From a virus (Duplodnaviria; Caudoviricetes), in the IMG/VR virus record IMGVR_UViG_3300012928_002819, positions 1-26,771 of that record: 26,771 nucleotides of DNA; one strand, written 5' to 3'. A model generated the notes under the pieces. The model had not been told where the DNA came from, did not search any database, and worked only from the letters and a program-made list of their open reading frames with translations. Each line of letters begins with the position of its first letter. Positions within the stretch are counted from its first letter, which is position 1. Shown here piece after piece: positions 18,539-26,361 of this stretch. The translations under genes were made by a program, and so were the position numbers.

Positions 18539-18855
18539 TGGAAGAGCCCTTAATCAATATCCTTCTTAATGGAGGAGCTAATATAGCCTTCGCTGCCTTC
18601 CTCTATATGCAGAACCAGCAGCTACAGAAGCGAGCAGATGAGCGAGAACTAAAACAGGATAAGCGGGAAGCAGATATCCGGGCTCGATACGATAAGGTAA
18701 TATCTGATATGTACGAGAGAGAAGATGCTATCCGGAGAGAATTAGTCCAAGAGATTAACGATCTAGATAAGAAGGTTACTACTCTAGAGACTAAGATCCA
18801 GCATATCTTCAAAATAGTAGATGAGATTAAAGCGCAGTTTTTAAGGGCAGGATAA
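18538..18855 (+). CDS. Holin-like membrane protein
   Basis: One N-terminal hydrophobic helix plus coiled coil; TAATG-coupled to the endolysin. Confidence 0.55.
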   Translation: MEEPLINILLNGGANIAFAAFLYMQNQQLQKRADERELKQDKREADIRARYDKVISDMYEREDAIRRELVQEINDLDKKVTTLETKIQHIFKIVDEIKAQFLRAG

Positions 18856-19354
18856 TCCGCTCAATCTCAGCATCTAGAAACAGATCGAAGGGAGCCCTCT
18901 TAAATATGGTACGGTCTTCCGGTCCATTATTCTCTACATAGAATTCACTCATGAAGGGTACCAGACCTTCTATCTCAGTATAGAGGCTCCGAGTATTGAT
19001 AATAGCGAGATATAGCATCCCATTCCATAGGAAGCCTTCCATAGTTAGATCGGAGATCTCCTCTCCAGTCTTTATCGCTGCTATTCTAGAATGGATCTCT
19101 AAGTCCATCTCTGGATACTTGGTTCTCCTCCATCTTAGAGCGAAGTGTCTAGCAGGCCTGCTCTTCCATATCCGAGCAGATACAGTAGTATCCTTTCCAT
19201 TCTCTGTATAGGTATAGTCTATGCCATTATAGATATCTCTACTCGTTCCTATCTCGGTTCTCCATGCACCGGGGAACCTATTAGCGAGCGTAGGAACTAC
19301 ATAATCGAACCAGAGAATATCGCTCTCTCGTAGTCTATCTTTTGTCGTTTTCAT
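18827..19354 (-). CDS. Hypothetical protein, possible restriction-endonuclease-like (PD-(D/E)xK) fold
   Basis: Start moved to ATG 19354 (GGAGG RBS; MKTTKDRL..., 175 aa); D...GID...SAR motif. Confidence 0.5.
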   Translation of the reverse strand: MKTTKDRLRESDILWFDYVVPTLANRFPGAWRTEIGTSRDIYNGIDYTYTENGKDTTVSARIWKSRPARHFALRWRRTKYPEMDLEIHSRIAAIKTGEEISDLTMEGFLWNGMLYLAIINTRSLYTEIEGLVPFMSEFYVENNGPEDRTIFKRAPFDLFLDAEIERIILPLKTAL

Positions 19355-19377
19355 ATCGTAACCTCCGATACGATAGC

Positions 19378-19446
19378 AATATACCATAATACTATATGAA
19401 ATAAATCTAATTTTATTGATACACCTATAAAAAACTATGCTATAGT
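19378..19446. promoter_or_regulatory. Divergent extended -10 promoters
   Basis: + strand TGcTATAGT at 19438-19446; - strand TGgTATATT near 19379-19387; AT-rich intergenic region. Confidence 0.6.
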
Positions 19447-19487
19447 TAAGTATATCCAATAAGGGATATAAACAAGAGGTACAAAAA

Positions 19488-19739
19488 ATGAACTTAGCAG
19501 ACTTACAAAATCAAATTAACAACTCAAAAAATACAGCAGAAACATTAGCGGTAGTAGATGCCTATAATCTCTCTATGGGTACTGTAATCGTTTATAAAGC
19601 GAATGGACAAACCTTAGAGATTACATCTGTAACTCACAACTATATCGAAGGATTGCAATATATCGGAACCGATAAAGATGGTGAGCAATGGTTAGTTAAT
19701 GCAAAAGATATCGCAGAAAAATACACTATCAAAAAGTAA
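19488..19739 (+). CDS. Hypothetical early protein
   Basis: 83 aa; GAGGTAC RBS; first gene after the early promoter. Confidence 0.7.
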   Translation: MNLADLQNQINNSKNTAETLAVVDAYNLSMGTVIVYKANGQTLEITSVTHNYIEGLQYIGTDKDGEQWLVNAKDIAEKYTIKK

Positions 19740-19749
19740 TCAATCAATC

Positions 19750-19769
19750 TGGGGAGGGCTTCCTCCCCA
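19750..19769 (+). other. GC-rich intergenic hairpin without U-tract
   Basis: TGGGGAGG-gctt-CCTCCCCA. Confidence 0.6.
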
Positions 19770-19789
19770 TCTAACTAGAGGTACAAACA

Positions 19790-19897
19790 ATGAAAAAAGA
19801 TAAAACTTTAACCATGCTAGGCTATCTGCTAGTAACAGTAGCATTCTTTGCGGTCCCAGCTACTCTCTCCTTCCTTTGCTATGTGATGGGGGTTTAA
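19790..19897 (+). CDS. Small single-pass membrane protein (35 aa), missing from the ORF track
   Basis: MKKDKTLTMLGYLLVTVAFFAVPATLSFLCYVMGV; GAGGTAC RBS at 19778-19784; ends 1 nt before the next ATG. Confidence 0.7.
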   Translation: MKKDKTLTMLGYLLVTVAFFAVPATLSFLCYVMGV

Positions 19898-19898
19898 G

Positions 19899-20123
19899 AT
19901 GGATAAGATAGCCTTTTGGGATTACGTAATGAGATGTAACTGGGATGATGATATCCTAGCAGAATTAATCGGAATTCCTACTGTTATTCTGCAGATGTGG
20001 GTAACCGGAGAAGTAGAACCTAACAGAAGGGTTCTCTATCGAGTAGCAGGATGGATAAGCGTAAAATTAGATTTAAATAGGGATGAAGTATTTAAAAATA
20101 TTATGGGAGAAAACAATGAATAA
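19899..20123 (+). CDS. XRE-like HTH protein
   Basis: LAELIGIPTVILQMWVTGEVEP HTH pattern. Confidence 0.65.
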   Translation: MDKIAFWDYVMRCNWDDDILAELIGIPTVILQMWVTGEVEPNRRVLYRVAGWISVKLDLNRDEVFKNIMGENNE

Positions 20124-20631
20124 GAACCGTAGAAGATATGTAAAAGAGAATGGAAGAACTCAGCTCCGCAAGATGAGCAAGCGCAGAACTCCTCCCAAGC
20201 CGATCTACTTAGATAATTTTGCTCTATTGAATGCAGTTAAGCAGATTGGAGAGATCTGTAAGATCTGGAGCCCGATCTACTGTAGCTGGGTATGGGAAGC
20301 GAAGATCCAGATTAACGGGCTAGTACTCCGTAGAGAAATATTCGAGGATAAACCGGAGGAGGCTATCCAATGGGCTCGAGATAAATATACAGCGATACTC
20401 TCTCCTCAATTTGCTAGAGTACTACATGGATATATTATGGGCTCGGATTATGCTCTCGTAGATATTGCGGAGGTCTGTGGAGTTACAGAGAATGCGATCT
20501 CTAAGTGGATCGCTGGAGATACCTACCCTTCTATCTCTGCTCTCGTTAGATTATGCGAGATGCTGAGTGGAGATGCTTGGAAATCTAAGTATAATAAACT
20601 CTCCAAGATGATCGAGTTAGAGAGGGTATAA
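20116..20631 (+). CDS. Two-domain protein with C-terminal XRE HTH
   Basis: Start moved to ATG 20116 (GGAG RBS); DIAEVCGVTENAISKWIAGDTYPSISALVRLC. Confidence 0.75.
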   Translation: MNKNRRRYVKENGRTQLRKMSKRRTPPKPIYLDNFALLNAVKQIGEICKIWSPIYCSWVWEAKIQINGLVLRREIFEDKPEEAIQWARDKYTAILSPQFARVLHGYIMGSDYALVDIAEVCGVTENAISKWIAGDTYPSISALVRLCEMLSGDAWKSKYNKLSKMIELERV

Positions 20632-21077
20632 TGTGGAAATTAGCACATCAAGGAATCTTACAGGGGCCTCCAGTAGCGATGGGGAGGCCTCGTTTTACTA
20701 GAACTGGAAGAGCCTATACTGCTCAGACCTCGAGAACCTATAAAGATGAGCAAGTTAAGCAGCTCGAAGCAAGTAAAGGAGAGGACTGGAAACCACTAGA
20801 AGGTATCTTCCAGATTAAGATCTCCTTTATCCATCCTCGTACTAAGAGCCTAAGTAGAGTTAAAGGAGAACTTCCTCAAGGTAGAATATGGAGGCCTAAG
20901 AAGCCAGATCTAGATAACTTGCTTAAGATGGTACTGGATATCCTTACTCAGAGTAAAATATGGATAGATGATAATCGAGTGGTATCTATATTCTGCGAAG
21001 ATTACTACGCAGGAGAGATGGAGGAAGCCCATACTCTATTCTCTATCTATCAATGGAGTAGAGAAGATGAGGAATGA
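20631..21077 (+). CDS. rusA: RusA-family Holliday junction resolvase
   Basis: GRPRF N-terminal motif; KPDLDNLLKMVLD...WIDDNRV catalytic motif. Confidence 0.9.
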   Translation: MWKLAHQGILQGPPVAMGRPRFTRTGRAYTAQTSRTYKDEQVKQLEASKGEDWKPLEGIFQIKISFIHPRTKSLSRVKGELPQGRIWRPKKPDLDNLLKMVLDILTQSKIWIDDNRVVSIFCEDYYAGEMEEAHTLFSIYQWSREDEE

Positions 21078-21681
21078 TCCAAGCATTAATCTCCATCTCG
21101 GATGCTCTCTCCAGGCTATGAGAGAGATGGAAGATAACCAATATGATCTCGCTATCGTAGATCCTCCCTTCGGTATCGGTAATTTTGTACAGTCTAATAG
21201 AGGATCACCAGTTAAATGGAATGATAGTATCCCTTCTCCTTTATATTTTACAGAGCTTAGAAGGGTCAGTAGGCATCAGATTATTTTTGGAGCGAATTAC
21301 TATAATTGTTTTTCTGGAAAATCTGGTGCAATTGTATGGATAAAAAACCAACCTATTCCAAATTTTAGTAAAGCTGTAATAGCATCATGCACCTACCATA
21401 AAAAGATAGAGGTATATACTCAAACTTGGACTAATTTTGTAGCTAATGGAAGAACTGGTATACATGCATGCGAGATGCCGGTAGATCTTTATAAATGGAT
21501 ATTAGAAAACTATGCGAAGGATGGAGATAAGATACTGGATACTCATCTCGGATCCGGTTCCATTGCTTGCGCTTGTTATGATCTGGGATTCGATCTCGAT
21601 GCTTGGGAACTCGATCCGGAGTACTTCGAGAGAACCCTATCCAGGTATAACGAGCACTCCAAGCAATCTAAATTATTCTAG
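21067..21681 (+). CDS. DNA N6-adenine/N4-cytosine methyltransferase, beta-class motif order
   Basis: Motif IV DPPF near the N-terminus; motif I ILDTHLGSGS near the C-terminus; start moved to ATG 21067. Confidence 0.88.
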   Translation: MRNDPSINLHLGCSLQAMREMEDNQYDLAIVDPPFGIGNFVQSNRGSPVKWNDSIPSPLYFTELRRVSRHQIIFGANYYNCFSGKSGAIVWIKNQPIPNFSKAVIASCTYHKKIEVYTQTWTNFVANGRTGIHACEMPVDLYKWILENYAKDGDKILDTHLGSGSIACACYDLGFDLDAWELDPEYFERTLSRYNEHSKQSKLF

Positions 21682-21690
21682 GAGGTACAG

Positions 21691-22533
21691 ATGGATAAGA
21701 AGTTTAAGATAAGCACCTTCTCTAATAAGTTCGCTAAGGTCCCAGTAGAAGCAGAAGTAGATCTCCGGAAACTTGCTAAGGCTCTCATGCTTCCAGCAGT
21801 TCCCTATCCAGTGAGAGAGAAGGGCTCTCTCCCTCTTTGGAGCCCTACCTCCTTCGCTGGAAATAGAAGCGGAGCCCATGCTATAGAGATTAGCTGCTTA
21901 GTATTCGATCTCGATGATGGAACAGATTACGGATTCCATACAGCCTTCTTAGATTATCATTATATAGCCCATACCTCCTTCTCTCATACTGAGGATATCA
22001 ATAAATGGAGGATAGTCCTTCCATTAGAGATTCCCATACCTGCTGCAGATTGGAAGAGAGCAGCAAAAGCAGCGAAGGAGTTATGGGATAGAATAGTAGG
22101 GCAAGGAGATCCGGATAATAGTGCTCTTAACGATTGCGCTAGGATGTACTATCGCTACGCTATCCCAGATAGATCGGATGCAGATCTTCAGAGAACGAAG
22201 GCCCATAAAGGAGATGGGCTCCTCCGGTTGGAGTATTCTCATATTCCAAAAGAGGAACCGAAGAAAAGATACAAGAGATGGGAGAGTAAGAGAGCAGGCT
22301 CCAAGAGTGGGATGGAGGCTCTATTCCATAATCCAGAATATAGAAGGGCTCTTGCTCAGCAGATAGGAGCAAGCATCGAAGGGAATGTAGCCCGGAATAT
22401 TACTTGCCCAGCTTGCAATAAGAGAGAGGTCTATTATTCTATAGATCCCGATTTAATGCACGCGGTTAGATATCCTCATTGTAATCGCGCTAATAAGTGC
22501 GGATGGTGGGGATTTTTGGAGGCTCTATTATGA
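21691..22533 (+). CDS. AEP-superfamily primase-like protein with C-terminal zinc-binding domain
   Basis: LVFDLDDG, AHTSFSH, KWRIVLPL motifs; CPAC...HCNRANKC. Confidence 0.7.
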   Translation: MDKKFKISTFSNKFAKVPVEAEVDLRKLAKALMLPAVPYPVREKGSLPLWSPTSFAGNRSGAHAIEISCLVFDLDDGTDYGFHTAFLDYHYIAHTSFSHTEDINKWRIVLPLEIPIPAADWKRAAKAAKELWDRIVGQGDPDNSALNDCARMYYRYAIPDRSDADLQRTKAHKGDGLLRLEYSHIPKEEPKKRYKRWESKRAGSKSGMEALFHNPEYRRALAQQIGASIEGNVARNITCPACNKREVYYSIDPDLMHAVRYPHCNRANKCGWWGFLEALL

Positions 22534-22856
22534 AAAGTAGAAATAAGATACCTTACATCCCTAAGAACTGTACTTCCTTTGGGTTCCATATATTCCGATA
22601 TGCAGAGTTCAAGGATATGACTCTGGAAGATGTGGCCAGGGGAGTAGGAATAAAGGTTCCTACGCTTAAAGCTTATATGAATGGACAGAGATATCCTAAG
22701 CTAGATGTATACCTCGCTATCTGTGAGGTATTAAGCGATACGAGAGAAGAGTATAATATGCTCATCATGAGAGGGATACGATCTACTCCAGAGAATGCTC
22801 TCTCGGAGCGGAGGCTACGGATCAAGGAAAAACACAGTAAGAACGATAACCAATAA
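22530..22856 (+). CDS. XRE-family HTH protein
   Basis: Start moved to ATG 22530 (GGAGG RBS, ATGA overlap); MTLEDVARGVGIKVPTLKAYMNGQRYPKLD. Confidence 0.85.
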   Translation: MKSRNKIPYIPKNCTSFGFHIFRYAEFKDMTLEDVARGVGIKVPTLKAYMNGQRYPKLDVYLAICEVLSDTREEYNMLIMRGIRSTPENALSERRLRIKEKHSKNDNQ

Positions 22857-22882
22857 ACACAATAAAAAATACGGAGGTACAT

Positions 22883-23221
22883 ATGTATTTTAATAAGTGG
22901 TTAAATGAGGAGTTAGAACAGCTGCCAATAACGAGGAAGGATCTCTCCAGGCTCTCCGGGGTAAGTTACTCAACAATGAACGGATCTAAGAAATTCGATC
23001 CTAGAATCTCGAATCTCGTGTTAATATGCGAGGTGCTAACAGAGATCAAGATGCTGAGACAGTATCCAGAGTATAAATATTTAGATCTTCCAGAATGGAG
23101 AAAAGAATCCCTTAGACAGAAGCGAGTTGCCCTCTTAGATTCTACGATTATCTCTGCTATTGCTTCCTGCGGATTCGAATATTCCTTCGCGATTAACAGA
23201 TTACAGGAGCGCGAAAAATGA
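22883..23221 (+). CDS. XRE-family HTH protein
   Basis: ITRKDLSRLSGVSYSTMNG...DPRISNLVLICEVL; GGAGGTACAT RBS. Confidence 0.8.
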   Translation: MYFNKWLNEELEQLPITRKDLSRLSGVSYSTMNGSKKFDPRISNLVLICEVLTEIKMLRQYPEYKYLDLPEWRKESLRQKRVALLDSTIISAIASCGFEYSFAINRLQEREK

Positions 23222-24483
23222 ACAAAGAGCAAATGAAGAAGATGTTAGAGATCGCTAAGCAGATTGGAGAGGAAGCGGAGTATAAGTTTGCTCCAGAGGA
23301 AGCAGATATCGATACTTGGGATCTGCTGCAGAAGTCAGAAGCGAAGTATAATAAAGAAGGAGAACTTACTAGAACTCCCAAACCTTATGCCAATAGAAAC
23401 AATATCGCGCTCATCTTAGAGAATGATCCAGTCTACGAGAGTCTCTGCTACAACGATCATAGTAATAAAGTAATCTGGAAGATGAGAGAGTTATGGGATC
23501 CAGATCTCGAGGATATTGGACTCCATATTGAGCGAGCCTATAACATTAGATACACATCTCCAGATATTAAGAGAGCGGTCCTTCGAGTAGCCCATAAGAA
23601 CATCCAAGAGAATGTAAAGGACTGGGTAACGAATCTTCCAGTATGGGATGGAGAGCCTAGAATCCATAATCTCTTCCGGAATGCCTTCCGAGCCCAGATT
23701 ATTCTAGGATCTGAGCAGCTGATAGAGGAGATGAGTTCTAAGTGGATTATCTCTCTCATTGCTCGAGTAATGAAGCCCGGATGTAAGATGGATAACTTCC
23801 TTATCCTTTGCGGAGAGAAGGGACTGGGCAAGAGTACAGGATTAAAAACTCTTATTGGAGAGGATTGGTTCAGCGATAGCCCTCTGGATATTGGCAAGAA
23901 GGATTCTCTAGAGTTAATCCATTCTACGGAGACTTGGTTATGGGAACTCGCGGAGTTACACTCTCTCCAGGGTAGAACAGCAGATAACTTTAAAGCCTTC
24001 ATCTCTTCCGCAGAAGATAAGTTCAGACCTTCCTATCAGCAATTTCCTAAGTCTTACCTTCGTAGAGTAGTCTTCGCTGGGACTTCGAATAACTACCAAT
24101 TCTTAAGCGATGGCCCGGAGCGTAGAGTATGGCCTATAACAGTTACTCAGCAGGTAGATCTCGAGTATCTCAGAACGTGGAGAGAACAGATCTTCGCAGA
24201 AGGGCTAGAGGAATACTTATCGGGTTCGATATGGTATCTAGAATGGGAATCCCAGCGGATGCTCTCAGAACTACAGCAGGCCTACATAATCGATGATCCT
24301 TGGAGTATCAAGGTTAGAGAGGCGATCGCAAGCGGTAAAAACAATACTACTGAGATTATGCATTACCTCGATCTTCCAGTATCTCAGCAGCATACTGGGA
24401 ACGCTAAGCGGATAGCGCAGATCTGCAAGGAGTCCGGATATAAACAAGTTATAAAGGATGGGCAGAGAATATGGAAGAGGTAA
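23218..24483 (+). CDS. VapE/VirE-family P-loop ATPase (probable replicative helicase)
   Basis: PGCKMD, Walker A GEKGLGKST, Walker B WELAEL, FAGTSN, ERRVWP, REQIFAE. Confidence 0.88.
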   Translation: MNKEQMKKMLEIAKQIGEEAEYKFAPEEADIDTWDLLQKSEAKYNKEGELTRTPKPYANRNNIALILENDPVYESLCYNDHSNKVIWKMRELWDPDLEDIGLHIERAYNIRYTSPDIKRAVLRVAHKNIQENVKDWVTNLPVWDGEPRIHNLFRNAFRAQIILGSEQLIEEMSSKWIISLIARVMKPGCKMDNFLILCGEKGLGKSTGLKTLIGEDWFSDSPLDIGKKDSLELIHSTETWLWELAELHSLQGRTADNFKAFISSAEDKFRPSYQQFPKSYLRRVVFAGTSNNYQFLSDGPERRVWPITVTQQVDLEYLRTWREQIFAEGLEEYLSGSIWYLEWESQRMLSELQQAYIIDDPWSIKVREAIASGKNNTTEIMHYLDLPVSQQHTGNAKRIAQICKESGYKQVIKDGQRIWKR

Positions 24484-24490
24484 AATAGAC

Positions 24491-24519
24491 TTGTAATCTA
24501 ATCTGGAGTAGTGTATATT
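24491..24519 (+). promoter_or_regulatory. Possible sigma70 promoter
   Basis: TTGTAA-N17-TATATT. Confidence 0.45.
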
Positions 24520-24553
24520 CTAATTGGTCTGTTTGATTGAATGTTAATGGTTG

Positions 24554-24583
24554 AGAGCTCGGAGTAATATCCGGGCTCTTTTT
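24554..24583 (+). terminator. Rho-independent terminator after the helicase gene
   Basis: AGAGCTCGGA-gtaata-TCCGGGCTCT followed by TTTT. Confidence 0.85.
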
Positions 24584-24613
24584 GTGTTTAGAATCCCCCG
24601 TATCTAGTTAAAA

Positions 24614-24880
24614 AATACACTAGATAACACTAAAAATACAGAAGATAACACTAGGTTAAATCTGCGATACCCTCGATCTATAGGGGACAAAGTACCAAAA
24701 ATAGCCCTATTTCGAGTATCAGTTTATATAGAGAATATAAATTGGTATATGTATTTATATTATATATATACGCGAAGGGCTCGAACCTCATTAAAAGAGA
24801 GTATCGAGCCCGTAGCAGCGCAACTATCGCAGAATATACCTAGTGTTATTTAGTGTAGTTCTAGTGTTTTCTAGTGTTAT
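24614..24880. repeat. Inverted iteron arrays flanking an AT-rich core (probable replication origin)
   Basis: Four ~10 bp units (ATAACACTAG-like) at 24614-24655 and four inverted units at 24839-24880; AT-rich tract at ~24723-24770; next to the helicase gene. Confidence 0.7.
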
Positions 24881-25224
24881 TCCTTAGATCGAAGGCTCTT
24901 AATAGCACGCTTAACCCATGAGCGAGCAGGAGTTCCTCCCCAGAGAGCCCAAGCAATAGCAGCTTTAGAGGTCTTATCCTGTCTAGCCTTCGCTTCTTTA
25001 TCGGACTCTCCATGTCTAGCGAACCAAGCATCCATGAGCTCTAGCTGCTGGAGATCTACTTCTCCAGAGGTCAATCTTCTAGCAGTCTTCATTCCAGTAC
25101 CGGGTACTCTCTTCCCCTTTTCATCTTTATAAGATGCTCGTTTACTAATGGGTTGCTCTAGGTTATAATCTATTGCTCTCTTAGCGAGGATCTGGATCTC
25201 TCGCGGTACTCTAATCTTAGGCAT
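24877..25224 (-). CDS. Basic phage protein with W.LWGG motif
   Basis: Start moved to ATG 25224 (GGAGG RBS); MDAWFARH...IAWALWGG...W motif recalled from uncharacterised phage proteins. Confidence 0.7.
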   Translation of the reverse strand: MPKIRVPREIQILAKRAIDYNLEQPISKRASYKDEKGKRVPGTGMKTARRLTSGEVDLQQLELMDAWFARHGESDKEAKARQDKTSKAAIAWALWGGTPARSWVKRAIKSLRSKE

Positions 25225-25254
25225 GAAGCCCTCCAAATATGTTAAGGTGATGTT

Positions 25255-25611
25255 ATGAAAATGAAAAAGCGATCAATTATACCAGAGCTCGAAGGCATCT
25301 CTCTATCGGAACTCTTCCCCGGAATCGAGATAGAGGAGAACTTTAGAATATCTACAGCCCAGGACTTCCTCCAAGCACAGATCGAAGAGATGCACGAGGC
25401 TATCTGCTGCGATAGCATTGGAGATACTAGCATTATAACAGTTAATGGAGAGATTTATATATATGCCAAATGGGATAGGAACGGAGTAGATCTAGACTTC
25501 CGTAACGAAGGCTTCCCAGCACTTGGATTAATGGGAGCGATACTCTCTACTGTAAACCATGTAAGAGGGCATAACGGAGAAGAAGAGAGCGAGGATTGGA
25601 GTGAGATCTAA
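25255..25611 (+). CDS. Hypothetical acidic protein
   Basis: 118 aa; AAGGTGA RBS-like sequence upstream. Confidence 0.6.
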   Translation: MKMKKRSIIPELEGISLSELFPGIEIEENFRISTAQDFLQAQIEEMHEAICCDSIGDTSIITVNGEIYIYAKWDRNGVDLDFRNEGFPALGLMGAILSTVNHVRGHNGEEESEDWSEI

Positions 25612-25798
25612 ACAAGATAATCTTCTTATCCGTTACAAGATCTCTAGATTAATGAGAGAGGGCTACCAGTGGGACCAGGCTGCAGCGATTACAATGAGGA
25701 TGTATAAAGAAGGAGAGCTTAGAGGATCGGTTCCTTACTCCAAGCCTAAGAAGCGCAAGAAAAGAGAAGAACGTAGAAGAACCAGATACCGGAGATAA
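25601..25798 (+). CDS. Small basic protein with K/R-rich tail
   Basis: 65 aa, GTG start; LMREGY..DQAAAI core followed by KPKKRKKREERRRTRYRR. Confidence 0.6.
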   Translation: MRSKQDNLLIRYKISRLMREGYQWDQAAAITMRMYKEGELRGSVPYSKPKKRKKREERRRTRYRR

Positions 25799-25801
25799 AA
25801 A

Positions 25802-25885
25802 ATGTACGGAAAAAAACCCAAGAAGAAAAAGACTACAACCAATCCCAAGCGTAAAACAGCTAGAAGAACTACTCGAAGGAGATAG
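25802..25885 (+). CDS. Protamine-like micro-protein (27 aa), missing from the ORF track
   Basis: MYGKKPKKKKTTTNPKRKTARRTTRRR; GGAG upstream; fills the gap between neighbouring genes. Confidence 0.6.
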   Translation: MYGKKPKKKKTTTNPKRKTARRTTRRR

Positions 25886-25887
25886 AT

Positions 25888-26361
25888 ATGGCTGCTAAGG
25901 TACCCAAGAAATATACTAAGGGACTCGGAGAGAGTACGCAGGCTCGGAGGAAAGCAGAAATCCGAAAGAGAATAAAGGGGAAGGAATCCTTTAAGCCTCT
26001 TCCGGGAGATGCTCGCGCTAAGACTAAGCCTAGCAAGTATACGAAAAGAATTAAAGATAGTGGGCTTCGATCTGTTATCCAAGAGGAAGCAACCAAGAAG
26101 GAAGGGAAGCCTCGAGAGAGATTCGTTAAGGCTGTAGCATCTGTTACAGATATTCCCAGAGGGATTATCCAAGAGGTATTCGATAAGGGTTTAGCAGCCT
26201 GGGCAGTAGGTCATAGACCAGGAGCAACTCAAGATCAATGGGCTCGAGCTCGTGTATATTCTTTTTTATCGAAGGGAAAAACTGTAGAGACTGCAGATAA
26301 ACAACTCTTTGAGAGAGCGAAGGAATCATTAAAGAAGAAGGGGAAGCGGTTCTCCTTCTAG
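25888..26361 (+). CDS. Basic protein with GHRPGA motif (DUF5824-like, family name from memory)
   Basis: KTKPSKYT and GLAAWAVGHRPGATQDQWARARVYSF motifs. Confidence 0.7.
   Translation: MAAKVPKKYTKGLGESTQARRKAEIRKRIKGKESFKPLPGDARAKTKPSKYTKRIKDSGLRSVIQEEATKKEGKPRERFVKAVASVTDIPRGIIQEVFDKGLAAWAVGHRPGATQDQWARARVYSFLSKGKTVETADKQLFERAKESLKKKGKRFSF

Noticed and set aside
23538-24002. 154-aa minus-strand ORF inside the helicase gene
   Set aside because: Fully antisense to a well-supported gene; no independent signals
262-24483. Stop-codon reassignment
   Set aside because: Core genes are full length and tightly packed under the standard code; TAA, TAG and TGA all end genes
24614-24880. CRISPR array or MITE interpretation of the repeats
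   Set aside because: Units are ~10 bp, contiguous and lack spacers; no target-site duplication or transposase seen
25735-26172. 145-aa hydrophobic minus-strand ORF
   Set aside because: Phe/Leu richness is the mirror image of Lys/Arg codons on the + strand
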